Of a stretch of DNA of 64,000 nucleotides, positions 26,111 through 36,370 are shown in pieces (position 1 is the stretch's first letter; the number at the start of each line of letters is the position of its first letter). The translations under genes and the position numbers were made by a program. Source of the stretch: an uncultured Alphaproteobacteria bacterium (GTDB lineage Bacteria > Pseudomonadota > Alphaproteobacteria > RF32 > CAG-239); assembly GCA_944391345.1 (NCBI GenBank), contig CALXTE010000002.1, positions 27,220 to 91,219 of the forward strand, written 5' to 3'. The notes below the pieces were generated by a model. It saw nothing but the letters and a program-made list of their open reading frames with translations, was not told where the DNA came from and did no database searches.

Positions 26111-28291
26111 TTGCGTAACTTTATCAGATTTTGCTTAAGAATATTTTTCACAATATTCAAAACCAGATGCCACCTTGAATTTGACGAAAATGAACTCCCC
26201 GCAAAAGGTGTCTATGTTTCAAACCATGTATCATTTCTTGATCCGATATTGCTGTTTGCTTTTCTCCCCGGCAACCCGATTTTTGCCCTAAACGGACATT
26301 TATACCGCCGGCCTTTAATTCGCTTTTTAATGAAATCAGCCGAAATAATGCCGTTTAACCCGATTGAGCCGGGAGATATCAAAGAATTAATCAGCAAAGT
26401 CAACACCGGACGCCTATGCGTCATTTTTGCCGAAGGCCGAGTAACCGAAAACGGCGGTTTGATGAAGATTTACGAAGCCCCCGGATTGGTTGCAGACAAA
26501 GCGCAAGCACCGATAATTCCGGTTTGGATAAGCGGACCGCAGTATGGTTATTTTTCTAAAACCAAAGGCAAGTTGCCGCATCGCCCCTTACCTAAAATGA
26601 AAATCACGGTTGGAAAACCCAGAGCATTCAAGCTCAAAGACGCGCTCCGCCGCCAAAGAGATCACATCAGCAACGAAGTTTACATGATTTTGCGAGAAAT
26701 GTGCTTTGAGGTCAATTATAATCCCAATATTTCGCTTTTTGCCCAACTGATGAAAACCGCCAAAGTCCATTCCAAAAAAGGCTTGTTCAAACGTCCGAAA
26801 TTCATTGAAGACATTAACCGCCAACCAAATTCTTATAAAGATATCATTATCAAGTCTTTTGTTTTAGGACGATATTTTAAGAAAAAAAGCGGTCACGAAG
26901 AGCCGATAGGCCTGCTGTTGCCAAATTCAATCGCCACTTTGTGCACCTTTTTCGGACTCTCGGCTTATGAGCGCATTCCGGTCATGCTAAATTTCTCGGT
27001 CGGCGCACAAAATATGCTCTCAATGTGCAAAACCGCACAAGTCAAAAAGGTCATCAGCTCCATAAAGTTTATTAAAACCGCCAAAATGGAGAACGTGGTT
27101 GAAATCTTAAAGCTTAATGGCATTGAGGTGATATATTTTGAAAGCCTGGCTAAAAAAATCTCACTCTGGGATAAAATCGGCGCTTATTTAAGATATAAAA
27201 TAAAACGCGTGCCGCACCGCACCGGCGGCAACAAAAAGGCCGTAATTTTGTTCACTTCCGGCTCGGAAGGCGCCCCAAAAGCCGTTGTTTTATCACATGC
27301 CAATATCATGTCAAACATAAAACAAATGTCGGCAATTGAGACCATAAATATAACAGATACGGTATTTAATGCTTTGCCTATGTTTCATAGCTTTGGCCTA
27401 ACGGTCGGAACTTTATTCCCGATTCTCGAAGGCTCAAAACTGTTTTTATATCCCTCGCCGCTTCATTATCGTATTATTAATGAGCTGGTTTACGAAATCG
27501 GCGCCACAATTATGTTTGGAACCGACACCTTCTTCAGAGGCTACGGAAAATTAGCGCATCCTTTTGATTTTCATAACATTCGCTTTATGTTCGGCGGCGC
27601 CGAAGCCATCAAGCCCGACACCCGCAATATGTGGATGGAACGTTTGGGCATCCGTGTCTTAGAGGCTTATGGTTCAACTGAATGTTCACCGGTTGTATCG
27701 GCCAACAACCGCATTTTCAACCGCTTTGGTTCAATCGGCAAACTTCTTCCGGCCATTCAGTATAAAATCGAACCGGTTGACGGCATTGACAAAGGCGGCG
27801 AGCTGGTCATCAAAGGGCCTAACATCATGATGGGCTATATTATGCCGGATAACCCCGGAGTTTTGGTCAAACCCGAAGGCGGCTGGTATCATACCGGCGA
27901 TGTGGTTGATATTGATGAGATTGGCTTTGTTTACATCAAAGACCGCATTAAGCGCTTTGCCAAGATTGGCGGCGAAATGGTATCCTTAAACGCCGTACAG
28001 GAAATGGTTTGCAAAGCCTATGAATGGATGGGAGCAGATTTTCACTATGGCGTGGTTGCCATTCCGCATGAAAGCAAAGGCGAGCAGATTGTTTTGGTAA
28101 CCAACAACAATCAGGTCAAACAAGAGGTTTTGCACGATTATATCAAAAACAACGGCATGTCAGAGTTATTCTTGCCTCGAATAATTTTATTCAAAGACAC
28201 GCTGCCGATTTTTGCCACCGGCAAAATGGATAACGTCACCTTAAAGAAACAGGTGCTGGAAGAACTAAGCCAAGCCGCGGCAGCACAATAA
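26111..28291 (+). CDS. aas: bifunctional 2-acylglycerophosphoethanolamine acyltransferase / acyl-ACP synthetase
   Basis: N-terminal HX4D acyltransferase motif (NHVSFLD) and a C-terminal AMP-binding motif (TSGSEGAPKAV). It is divergent from fadL. Confidence 0.8.
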   Translation: MRNFIRFCLRIFFTIFKTRCHLEFDENELPAKGVYVSNHVSFLDPILLFAFLPGNPIFALNGHLYRRPLIRFLMKSAEIMPFNPIEPGDIKELISKVNTGRLCVIFAEGRVTENGGLMKIYEAPGLVADKAQAPIIPVWISGPQYGYFSKTKGKLPHRPLPKMKITVGKPRAFKLKDALRRQRDHISNEVYMILREMCFEVNYNPNISLFAQLMKTAKVHSKKGLFKRPKFIEDINRQPNSYKDIIIKSFVLGRYFKKKSGHEEPIGLLLPNSIATLCTFFGLSAYERIPVMLNFSVGAQNMLSMCKTAQVKKVISSIKFIKTAKMENVVEILKLNGIEVIYFESLAKKISLWDKIGAYLRYKIKRVPHRTGGNKKAVILFTSGSEGAPKAVVLSHANIMSNIKQMSAIETINITDTVFNALPMFHSFGLTVGTLFPILEGSKLFLYPSPLHYRIINELVYEIGATIMFGTDTFFRGYGKLAHPFDFHNIRFMFGGAEAIKPDTRNMWMERLGIRVLEAYGSTECSPVVSANNRIFNRFGSIGKLLPAIQYKIEPVDGIDKGGELVIKGPNIMMGYIMPDNPGVLVKPEGGWYHTGDVVDIDEIGFVYIKDRIKRFAKIGGEMVSLNAVQEMVCKAYEWMGADFHYGVVAIPHESKGEQIVLVTNNNQVKQEVLHDYIKNNGMSELFLPRIILFKDTLPIFATGKMDNVTLKKQVLEELSQAAAAQ

Positions 28292-28320
28292 ACAGCTTCC
28301 GCAAGACCTGCAATATCCAT

Positions 28321-28348
28321 AAAAAAACGGGGAAAACCCCGTTTTTTT
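28321..28348. terminator. bidirectional intrinsic terminator (aas / mrp)
   Basis: AAAAAAACGGGG-aaaa-CCCCGTTTTTTT. Confidence 0.75.
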
Positions 28349-29342
28349 ATGCAAGCTTCTGCAAAATTTTTTGCGCAATATCCATATAGGCTTGGGTATA
28401 AGGACTATCCGGCTCGGCAAAAACAATCGGTGTACCATTATCTGAGTTTTCACGAATGGCATAATGCAGCGGAATTTCGCCTAAAAAAGTTTCGCCCATT
28501 TGTTCGGCCGTTTTTTTAGCCCCTTCGTGACCGAAAATATCAGCCCGATGACCGCATTTTTCGCAAATATAATAACTCATGTTTTCAACCAAGCCGAGAA
28601 TGGGAACATTAACTTTTTTAAACATATTAATCCCTTTAACCGCATCAATTAAAGCAATATCTTGCGGTGTCGAAACAATAACCGCGCCGTCGGTTTTAAG
28701 CTTTTGAGCTAAGGTAATTTGAATATCACCTGTCCCCGGAGGCATATCTAGCACCATAATGTCAATGTCGCCCCAGTTAGTATCGCACAAAAGCTGTTGC
28801 AAAGCACCGCTGGCTTTTGCACCGCGCCAAATCAACGGTTGAGATTTATCAATCAGCGTTCCGACCGACATTGAGGCCAAACCGAAATTCATAAACGGCT
28901 CAAAGGTTTTGCCATCCATTGATGACGGCGGCACCCCGTCATATCCCAACATCGTCGGCAAGGACGGCCCATAAATATCGGCATCAAAAATAGCTGTTTT
29001 CTGGCCCAAATTTGAAAGCGCCAACGCGAGATTAACCGCGGTGGTCGATTTTCCGACCCCGCCTTTCCCCGAAGCAACAGCAATAATTTTTTTCACACCT
29101 CTAACCTGCCACATTTCCTCAGGTGTTTTAAGTCCGGTAAAACCTTTGGCTGCGGTAAAAATAATGGTTGCCTTCAACACGCCGTCAAGTGAGGCGATTT
29201 TTTGCTTAAGGCTTTCTGTCTTTTCGGGAGAATCAACCGCATTCATCAAAGTAACGATAACGCGCCCGTTCAAAATTTTAAGACTGTCAATAACCGCGGT
29301 CGGATAAACCTCGACCACAAACTGTTTAATTTGCTCTTCCAT
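28347..29342 (-). CDS. apbC: Mrp/ApbC/NBP35-family Fe-S cluster carrier ATPase
   Basis: Deviant Walker A SGKGGVGKST, a CxxC (CEKCGH) and an N-terminal DUF59-like domain. Confidence 0.85.
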   Translation of the reverse strand: MEEQIKQFVVEVYPTAVIDSLKILNGRVIVTLMNAVDSPEKTESLKQKIASLDGVLKATIIFTAAKGFTGLKTPEEMWQVRGVKKIIAVASGKGGVGKSTTAVNLALALSNLGQKTAIFDADIYGPSLPTMLGYDGVPPSSMDGKTFEPFMNFGLASMSVGTLIDKSQPLIWRGAKASGALQQLLCDTNWGDIDIMVLDMPPGTGDIQITLAQKLKTDGAVIVSTPQDIALIDAVKGINMFKKVNVPILGLVENMSYYICEKCGHRADIFGHEGAKKTAEQMGETFLGEIPLHYAIRENSDNGTPIVFAEPDSPYTQAYMDIAQKILQKLA

Positions 29343-29433
29343 GTTAATATATTCTCTTCTACAATTGCCAATGACTAGGGTTTATATTATAAAGAAAAAT
29401 AATGCAACAAAAATAAACTTTGGGAGTATAAAT

Positions 29434-30516
29434 ATGACCGACATACAAAACCCGTGGGAAGACAGCGATAACACGGGCAAAACCCAACGCTCTGCACGAG
29501 AAGAAGTGCAAAAAATCATCAGTATCAACACCACCAAAACCGCCACCGGAGACGAAAATTTTGAGTTTAAATTCGGATGGCTGATTGCTTTGGCGATTCT
29601 CTTATGGTGCTTAAGCGGCTTTTATCAGGTCCAACCGCACGAGCAAGGCGTTATTCTTCGCTTCGGAAAATATACCGAAACCACAGACGCCGGCTTGCAC
29701 TACCACCTTCCCTACCCGATTGAAGAAGTCTATAAAGTCAGCATGACTCAAGAACGCAGCATCAATCTCGGCGAAAACGAGGCTTATAACGCCTCCAATG
29801 TTGCCGGCATTAACGGGACCAATAAGCTAAAAGCTTTCACCGAAAGCCATATGCTGACCGGCGATGAAAATATTGTAGACATTAACTTAACCGTTGTCTG
29901 GAAAGTTAAAAACGCCAAAGATTATTTGTTTAACGTCCGCAATCCGGAAGGCACGGTCAGAGTCGCCGCTCAGTCCGTATTAAGAGAGATTGTCGGCCAG
30001 TCGGAAATGCAACCGATTATCACCGGCGACCGCGGCAAAGTAGAAGACGACACCAAGGAAGAACTGCAAAAATTGTTGGATGAATTTGGCTCCGGTGTTG
30101 AGATTGTCCGTGTTAAATTGCAAAAAGCCGATCCTCCGAAACAAGTTGTCGATGCATTTAACGAAGTTCAGCGCGCCAAGGCAGACTTAGAGCGCTTTAA
30201 GAACGAGGCCGAGGCTTACCGCAACGAAGTTTTGCCTAAAGCACGAGGCGAAGCCGCTCAGCTCTTACAAGATGCTGAAGCTTATAAAGCAGCCGTTGTT
30301 AATAAGGCACAAGGTGACGCCGCTCGTTATTTGTCTGTTTACAACGCTTATAAAAGCGGTAAAGATGTCACAATCAAAAGAATGTATCTTGAAACCATGG
30401 AAAACGTTTTGAGCAAAGCTCAGAAAGTCATTTTAGACCCTTCATCAAAAGGGAGCAACGTTTTGCCCTATCTGCCGCTTAACTCGGCAAAATCACAAGT
30501 AAAGGAGGGACAATAA
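29434..30516 (+). CDS. hflK: FtsH protease modulator HflK
   Basis: SPFH/band-7 domain with an N-terminal TM. It is paired with hflC. The start is the ATG at 29434 after a GGGAG RBS. Confidence 0.85.
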   Translation: MTDIQNPWEDSDNTGKTQRSAREEVQKIISINTTKTATGDENFEFKFGWLIALAILLWCLSGFYQVQPHEQGVILRFGKYTETTDAGLHYHLPYPIEEVYKVSMTQERSINLGENEAYNASNVAGINGTNKLKAFTESHMLTGDENIVDINLTVVWKVKNAKDYLFNVRNPEGTVRVAAQSVLREIVGQSEMQPIITGDRGKVEDDTKEELQKLLDEFGSGVEIVRVKLQKADPPKQVVDAFNEVQRAKADLERFKNEAEAYRNEVLPKARGEAAQLLQDAEAYKAAVVNKAQGDAARYLSVYNAYKSGKDVTIKRMYLETMENVLSKAQKVILDPSSKGSNVLPYLPLNSAKSQVKEGQ

Positions 30517-30517
30517 A

Positions 30518-31396
30518 ATGAGCAAATTAAAAATATTTTTAATCGGCATTATAGCTATTGCGGCTTTTGTCTTAGCCAACACCTTATATGTGGTTAATCA
30601 GGCCGAACAAGCAATTGTCCTCCAGTTTGGTGAGCCGGTACGTTTGGTTAAAGACCCTGGGCTTAAAATGAAAGTTCCGTTCATTCAAAACGTTGTGTTT
30701 TATGACACTCGCTTGTTGGATTTAGACCCGCCTGCACAAGAAGTCGTTTTGAACGATAAAAAACGTCTAGATGTTGATAGCTTCACCCGTTATCGGATTG
30801 TAGACCCATTGAAGTTTTATCAAACGGTTCGCTATGAATTTCAGGCCGAAAGCAAATTAAAAGAGATTGTCAACTCTTCGGTTCGCAAAATCTTAGGCCG
30901 CATAACCTTGCAAGAATTGCTCTCAAAGAAAAGAACCCAGATTATGAAAGACATCAGCGATGCGGTCAAAAAAGACGCCCAGCAAATTGGTGTCAGCGTA
31001 GCCGACGTCCGCATCCGCCGCGCCGACTTGCCGATAGAAGTCTTGCAGGCCATTAACGCCAGAATGAAGACCGAGCGTGAAAGAGACGCCAAGGAGTTCC
31101 GCGCCGAAGGTCAGCAACAAGCCCAGCAAATTCGCGCAACGGCAGACAAAGAAAGCACCATCATCAAAGCCGAAGCCAACAAAAAAGCACAAATTATCCG
31201 TGGTGAAGGCGATCAGCAAGCCATTGATATTTGGAACAATGCTGTCGGCCAAGATATCGAGTTCTACGGTTTCTACCGCTCGCTCGAAGCCTACCGTAAT
31301 GCTTTGGGCCAAGGCGACGCTTCAATGATTTTGTCGCCGGAAAGCGAGTTCTTTGAATATTTTTCTGCGCCGCTAAAGCAAGGAAAAAACCGTTAA
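30518..31396 (+). CDS. hflC: FtsH protease modulator HflC
   Basis: SPFH domain, immediately downstream of hflK. Confidence 0.85.
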   Translation: MSKLKIFLIGIIAIAAFVLANTLYVVNQAEQAIVLQFGEPVRLVKDPGLKMKVPFIQNVVFYDTRLLDLDPPAQEVVLNDKKRLDVDSFTRYRIVDPLKFYQTVRYEFQAESKLKEIVNSSVRKILGRITLQELLSKKRTQIMKDISDAVKKDAQQIGVSVADVRIRRADLPIEVLQAINARMKTERERDAKEFRAEGQQQAQQIRATADKESTIIKAEANKKAQIIRGEGDQQAIDIWNNAVGQDIEFYGFYRSLEAYRNALGQGDASMILSPESEFFEYFSAPLKQGKNR

Positions 31397-31411
31397 AGGA
31401 CAAAAGCAAAT

Positions 31412-32860
31412 ATGAGCGTTAAAAAGATGATAAAACAAACTTTGGCAGTTGCAATGGCGGCTTTTCTGACCGGAGAAGTCGCTGCCGCCGAACCGATAAT
31501 AAATCAAGGCCTCCCGAGTTTTGCCGATTTGGTCGAAGAACTTTCGCCATCGGTGGTCAATATCTCAACAACGACTAAGCCCGACGATAACGGACTTGAG
31601 CCTGAAGAAGATATGATGGAAACCGCCGCACCGGAATTCCGCCACTTTTTTGAAAACGGCAAAAAGCAAGAGGCTTTAGGCTCGGGCTTTATCATTGATA
31701 AAGAGGGTTTTATCATCACCAACGCTCATGTCATTAACGACGCCGAAAGCATTGACGTCACATTAAGCGACGAAACAGTACATGAGGCTAAGATTATCGG
31801 CAAAGACAACTTAACAGATATTGCCTTAATCAAAATAAACACCCAAAAAGAACTAAAACCGGTACGTTTTGGCGATTCGGACAAGGCGCGCGTCGGCGAT
31901 TGGATTTTAGCCATCGGTAATCCGTTCGGCTTGGGCGGCAGCGTCACCGCCGGCATTATCTCGGCTAAATCAAGAGATATTGAATCTGGGCAATATGACA
32001 ACTTCATTCAAACCGACGCCTCTATTAATCAAGGCAGCTCCGGCGGCCCGATGTTTAACATGGCCGGAGAAGTCATTGGAATTAACAGCGTCATTTTTTC
32101 CACCAACGGTGCCAGCATGGGCATCGGCTTTGCCATACCGATAAATTTGGCCGATTGGGTGGTCAAACAGCTTAAAGCCGACGGCACGGTTCACCGCGGT
32201 TGGATTGGCATAAAGATTCAGCCCAACAGTCCGGAAACAGCCTTAGCCTTTGGGTTAGAAAAAACAGACGGCGTTGTTGTGTCTGATGTCACAATTGACG
32301 GACCGGCACAAAAAGCCGGATTAGAAGCCGGAGATATTATCAGCAGTTTTAATCAAGAAGACATCACCTCACCCAAAGATTTTTCAACCCGCGTTGCTGA
32401 GGCCAAAATCGGCAGCACCGCTGAGGTCAAAATTATCCGCAATGGCAAGCCCCAAAGCGTTAAAATTAAAATTGAGGAATTAAAAGCAGAAAAGCCCCTT
32501 CCCTCAACGCCTAAAACCGCTGAAATCAAACAATTAAATGAAGACGAGTTCTTGGTTGAAGAATTAGGCTTCAAACTAAAACCGATAACCGAAGAAACCA
32601 TAAAACAATATCACTTGTTGCCTAACACCAAAGGCATGATTATCAGCGAGGTTTTAGCAGGCAGCGACGGAGCTGAAAAAGGCTTAAAGGCTGGCAATGT
32701 TATCGTTAAAATGGATAAACAAGACATTATCGACATCGATTCGGTCAAAAATTGCTTAAACGAAGCAAAAATGGAAAACAACCGCCCGATTCTGCTTCTG
32801 CTCCAAAATGGAGAAAGCATAAACTTTGTCGCCGTAAAATTAGCCACGGAGAATAAATAA
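31412..32860 (+). CDS. degP: periplasmic serine endoprotease DegP/HtrA (Do family), two PDZ domains
   Basis: Signal peptide, TNAHV (His), DIALIKI (Asp), GSSGGPMFN (Ser), and two PDZ-like segments. Confidence 0.9.
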   Translation: MSVKKMIKQTLAVAMAAFLTGEVAAAEPIINQGLPSFADLVEELSPSVVNISTTTKPDDNGLEPEEDMMETAAPEFRHFFENGKKQEALGSGFIIDKEGFIITNAHVINDAESIDVTLSDETVHEAKIIGKDNLTDIALIKINTQKELKPVRFGDSDKARVGDWILAIGNPFGLGGSVTAGIISAKSRDIESGQYDNFIQTDASINQGSSGGPMFNMAGEVIGINSVIFSTNGASMGIGFAIPINLADWVVKQLKADGTVHRGWIGIKIQPNSPETALAFGLEKTDGVVVSDVTIDGPAQKAGLEAGDIISSFNQEDITSPKDFSTRVAEAKIGSTAEVKIIRNGKPQSVKIKIEELKAEKPLPSTPKTAEIKQLNEDEFLVEELGFKLKPITEETIKQYHLLPNTKGMIISEVLAGSDGAEKGLKAGNVIVKMDKQDIIDIDSVKNCLNEAKMENNRPILLLLQNGESINFVAVKLATENK

Positions 32861-33315
32861 TGGCGCAAATTGACTTTTACCATTTGCAAAAACAAACACT
32901 GGAGGCTGTTTTGCCCAAACTGCTGGAAAAAGCCTATGGCACGGGAAAAAAAATAAAAGTAAAAATCGGCAACCCAGAACGCGTAGAGTTTATAAACAGT
33001 ATCTTATGGACCTATGAAGATGAATCATTTTTGCCCCACGGCAGTAAAAAAGACGGCTCAGCCGAAGATCAACCGATATGGCTGACTTCAGGCGAAGATA
33101 ATCCCAACAGCGCCGAATTTTTATTTTTGGTTGACGGAGCGGATATCAGTGCGGAAGAAGAAACATCTTTTGAGCGGGTATTCAACATTTTTGACGGCAA
33201 TGACGCCACGGCGGTTGACCACGCCCGCAAGATGTGGAAAGACTTAAAAACCAAAGGCCACCAACTCCGCTATTGGCAGCAAGAAGACAACGGCCGCTGG
33301 AAACAAGCGGCATAA
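32860..33315 (+). CDS. holC: DNA polymerase III subunit chi
   Basis: N-terminal IDFYHL and overall chi-subunit pattern. Matches the alphaproteobacterial gene order. Confidence 0.7.
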   Translation: MAQIDFYHLQKQTLEAVLPKLLEKAYGTGKKIKVKIGNPERVEFINSILWTYEDESFLPHGSKKDGSAEDQPIWLTSGEDNPNSAEFLFLVDGADISAEEETSFERVFNIFDGNDATAVDHARKMWKDLKTKGHQLRYWQQEDNGRWKQAA

Positions 33316-33342
33316 AAAAAGCGCCCCGAAAGGCGCAATTTT

Positions 33343-34035
33343 TTAGAGCTGAATATTGATTTCTGGATAATACCTTCTTAAGCAATAATCGACCAGAAAA
33401 TCTATTTGACTGGCAAACATTTTCTGAATTGCTTCATCTTCCCAATAAGCTCCTGAAGCTAAAACTGTCCGCATCAATTTTTCTGAAATTATTCCCTTCA
33501 AAAAAGCATCAACCAACGAACACTTCAAAGAACATTCTCTTGGCTTTGAAAAAATATAGAGAAGCAAATCTTCTGAAATCCTCCGATTAATGGTTAATTG
33601 AATAAATTCAGGTAAATACGCGTTAAGACACAAAGGCCCATGAAGAGAAGTCAACCTATCAAGAGCATCAACAATAAAAAACATTGTTTCATCCTTGATT
33701 TGCTCAGCCGCATACCGAACAGCTATAACATGAACCACCTCAGAAGAAAGCAAATACACTCGCAAAGTTGTGCCATACAAATGTGCCCACACTTCGTCCG
33801 AAAGTTTTTTCTGAACAATTGCTTCAATAACAGAAATCGTATCATTTGAGTTCTTTAACACATCATCTTCGCAATCAAGCAGTTGAATAACTTCCTTTTC
33901 TTTACCGGCTTGGGCATAAAAAGGCAAAGCATTTCGTGCCTGTTCAAATTCCCATTGTCTTTTGGCTCGTAGTTCTTCAGCTTTTTCAACGGCTTTACGA
34001 ATCTTAGCCATTTTTTTATCTGATATTCTTTCCAT
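33343..34035 (-). CDS. helical-repeat protein, paralogue P1 (short form)
   Basis: N-terminus MERISDKKMAKI and C-terminus YYPEINIQL are shared with P2-P4. Confidence 0.6.
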   Translation of the reverse strand: MERISDKKMAKIRKAVEKAEELRAKRQWEFEQARNALPFYAQAGKEKEVIQLLDCEDDVLKNSNDTISVIEAIVQKKLSDEVWAHLYGTTLRVYLLSSEVVHVIAVRYAAEQIKDETMFFIVDALDRLTSLHGPLCLNAYLPEFIQLTINRRISEDLLLYIFSKPRECSLKCSLVDAFLKGIISEKLMRTVLASGAYWEDEAIQKMFASQIDFLVDYCLRRYYPEINIQL

Positions 34036-34171
34036 AATAAAAAAATATTTAATAGTTTGACATAATTTTTACGTTAACAGCCCTTTTATATCACACAAAA
34101 CAAAATATTACAAGCGTTTTTGTCAATTTTGATAAAAATCATAAAAAAAGCGCCCCGAAGGACGCATTTTT

Positions 34172-35149
34172 TTAGAGCTGAATATTGATTTCCGGATAAT
34201 TATGTTCCAAATAGGCCTGAACCAAAAAGTCATAGCCGCTATCAAACATTTTTTTCTGAAGATGCCCTTCAAGGTCAAAATCAAAGTCATTGAGAACGAG
34301 ATTCCGCAAGATATCTTCTGAAATCCGACCATCAACCGTTGCATCAAAAATGGCTGACACTAAATCTGAAGTAAAGACATATTTTCGTTCAACCATAGCC
34401 CGTAGCAGCTTTTCAGAAATTTTACCCTCTCTAAGACCACACGCCAGCAAATCGTCGTTATCTGCACTAAAAGCATAACCGGCCTTAACCAAAACAATCA
34501 GAATATCCTCTGAATTTTTATAGTTTGCATCGGAATCAATAACAGATTTAATAACATCAACTTCATAAGAACCAAAGTCAAAGCCGTTGCAAACAATCTT
34601 TGAGATAATTTCTTTCGGAAGTTTTCCCTCGATGTAGGCTGAAGCCAACAACTCGGCCTCATCACTCAAAGAATAATTATTATTGTTTTGCAAAAGGGGC
34701 AAAACCTCCATGGGTAACGCCTCTCTTAAAACCGCCCGAACAACCTTGTGATAAAAATGTTTCGGAATAAAGATATCCACACATCTCACAAACAAATCAT
34801 AAGATATTTTCTTATCACAAACGGCTATCAAAAACATTTTCCAAACGCCATCCGGACAACTGCACTGACAAAATTTAACGAAATTAAAGAACTGATCATC
34901 CGAGATTTTTTTAGCAATGAGCAGATTAACCGCCGTATAACAGTGCTCATCAAGAACAAAGCCTCCATCCCGAATACTACGAACAAGTTTGTCTCCGGCA
35001 GAAGCATCTCCCTCCCATAACTGGTAAAAAATTTTTTGAAGCCTTATTGCAAAGACATAATCATCTCTGCAATCATCAGGTCTTGAGGCATCGACGTTTA
35101 GAATTGCCTGGCAAATTTCAGCCATTTTTTCATTGGATAATTTTTTCAT
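34172..35149 (-). CDS. helical-repeat protein, paralogue P2
   Basis: MKKLSNEKMAEI ... NYPEINIQL. About seven 30-35 aa repeats with the (D/E)GK(I/L)(S/P)xxxL signature. Confidence 0.6.
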   Translation of the reverse strand: MKKLSNEKMAEICQAILNVDASRPDDCRDDYVFAIRLQKIFYQLWEGDASAGDKLVRSIRDGGFVLDEHCYTAVNLLIAKKISDDQFFNFVKFCQCSCPDGVWKMFLIAVCDKKISYDLFVRCVDIFIPKHFYHKVVRAVLREALPMEVLPLLQNNNNYSLSDEAELLASAYIEGKLPKEIISKIVCNGFDFGSYEVDVIKSVIDSDANYKNSEDILIVLVKAGYAFSADNDDLLACGLREGKISEKLLRAMVERKYVFTSDLVSAIFDATVDGRISEDILRNLVLNDFDFDLEGHLQKKMFDSGYDFLVQAYLEHNYPEINIQL

Positions 35150-35284
35150 AATAAAAAGTATTAATAGTTTGACATAATGATAATTAATTATCTTTCACTT
35201 AACACACAAAACCAAATATTGCAAGCTTTTTTGTCAATTTTAATAAAAAAAGTATAAAAAAAGCGCCCCGAAGGACGCAATTTT

Positions 35285-36244
35285 TTAAAGTTTAGCAACA
35301 AGTTCGGGATAAAATTTTTGCAGATAAGCCCGAACCAGAAAGTCAACACCGGACTGAAAGAATTTTTTCCAAACCTCTTCACCAATTGTGATAGCTTGAT
35401 CTTCCACCACATAGGCCAAAATTTCTTCAGGAATTTTCTTGGCCTCAACTGCATCATACAAAGTATCAAGAGCCGCATTTGCCCATGGATAATGATAATC
35501 AACTTGTTGCCACAGCAAATGAAGCGGAATTTTTCCATCAGCAACCGCATTGATGAACATGCACTGAGAAGACGCCATCAAACGATTATTTTTCTCAAAT
35601 AACGGAACCAAAATAAAATCCGAATTTTGTCCATCAACGACCGAAGAAATAATAAGCTGTTCTTCTTTAGCCGTAAATCTTTCGCCTTTTGCATACATTT
35701 TTCGCAAATCAGTTGCCGAGAATAGACCTTCTATATAAGCTTTGGCAATCAACGGCCGCACCGAATAGAAGCTATAACGATTTAACAACACCGAAAAAAC
35801 ACTTGTCGGAATTTTTTTATCCAACACCGCCTGCACAATTTCTTCCAAAATCGCTTCAAAGAAATATACGCCAAGCTGTATCAAATCAAAGAACAGAGCC
35901 AAAGAAATTTTTCCATCACATACAGCCTGCAAAATACGCAGAAGCTGCACCCGATCCAAAGGACAACCATAAATACGCATGGCCTCCAAAAAATCTTTTT
36001 CAGACAATCGCCGAGCAAGCAAAGCATCAACAAGGAGTTTTTCGTCATCACAATCAAGAGTATACCCCTCGTTAAAAAAGGCTATCAAATCTCTACTGGC
36101 TTCAGGATAATCAAAAGCCAAAATCTTTTGAATCCGCATTTCAAAAGCGTAAATAGCAGCATTCTGCTTCATAAGCATTTCATCATCTGCCTGCTGTATG
36201 GCCTCTTTCAATTCCAGCATTTTTTCATCAGATAATTTTCTCAT
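35285..36244 (-). CDS. helical-repeat protein, paralogue P3
   Basis: MRKLSDEKMLEL ... FYPELVAKL, with the same repeat signature. Confidence 0.6.
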   Translation of the reverse strand: MRKLSDEKMLELKEAIQQADDEMLMKQNAAIYAFEMRIQKILAFDYPEASRDLIAFFNEGYTLDCDDEKLLVDALLARRLSEKDFLEAMRIYGCPLDRVQLLRILQAVCDGKISLALFFDLIQLGVYFFEAILEEIVQAVLDKKIPTSVFSVLLNRYSFYSVRPLIAKAYIEGLFSATDLRKMYAKGERFTAKEEQLIISSVVDGQNSDFILVPLFEKNNRLMASSQCMFINAVADGKIPLHLLWQQVDYHYPWANAALDTLYDAVEAKKIPEEILAYVVEDQAITIGEEVWKKFFQSGVDFLVRAYLQKFYPELVAKL

Positions 36245-36370
36245 AAAAATAAAATATTAATAGTTAAACATAATAAGGATTAATCACGGCATAACTAGCA
36301 TAAAAAATTAAACATTGCAAGTTTTTTTGGTCAATTTCAATAAAAAAAGCGTCCTAAAGGACGCAATTTT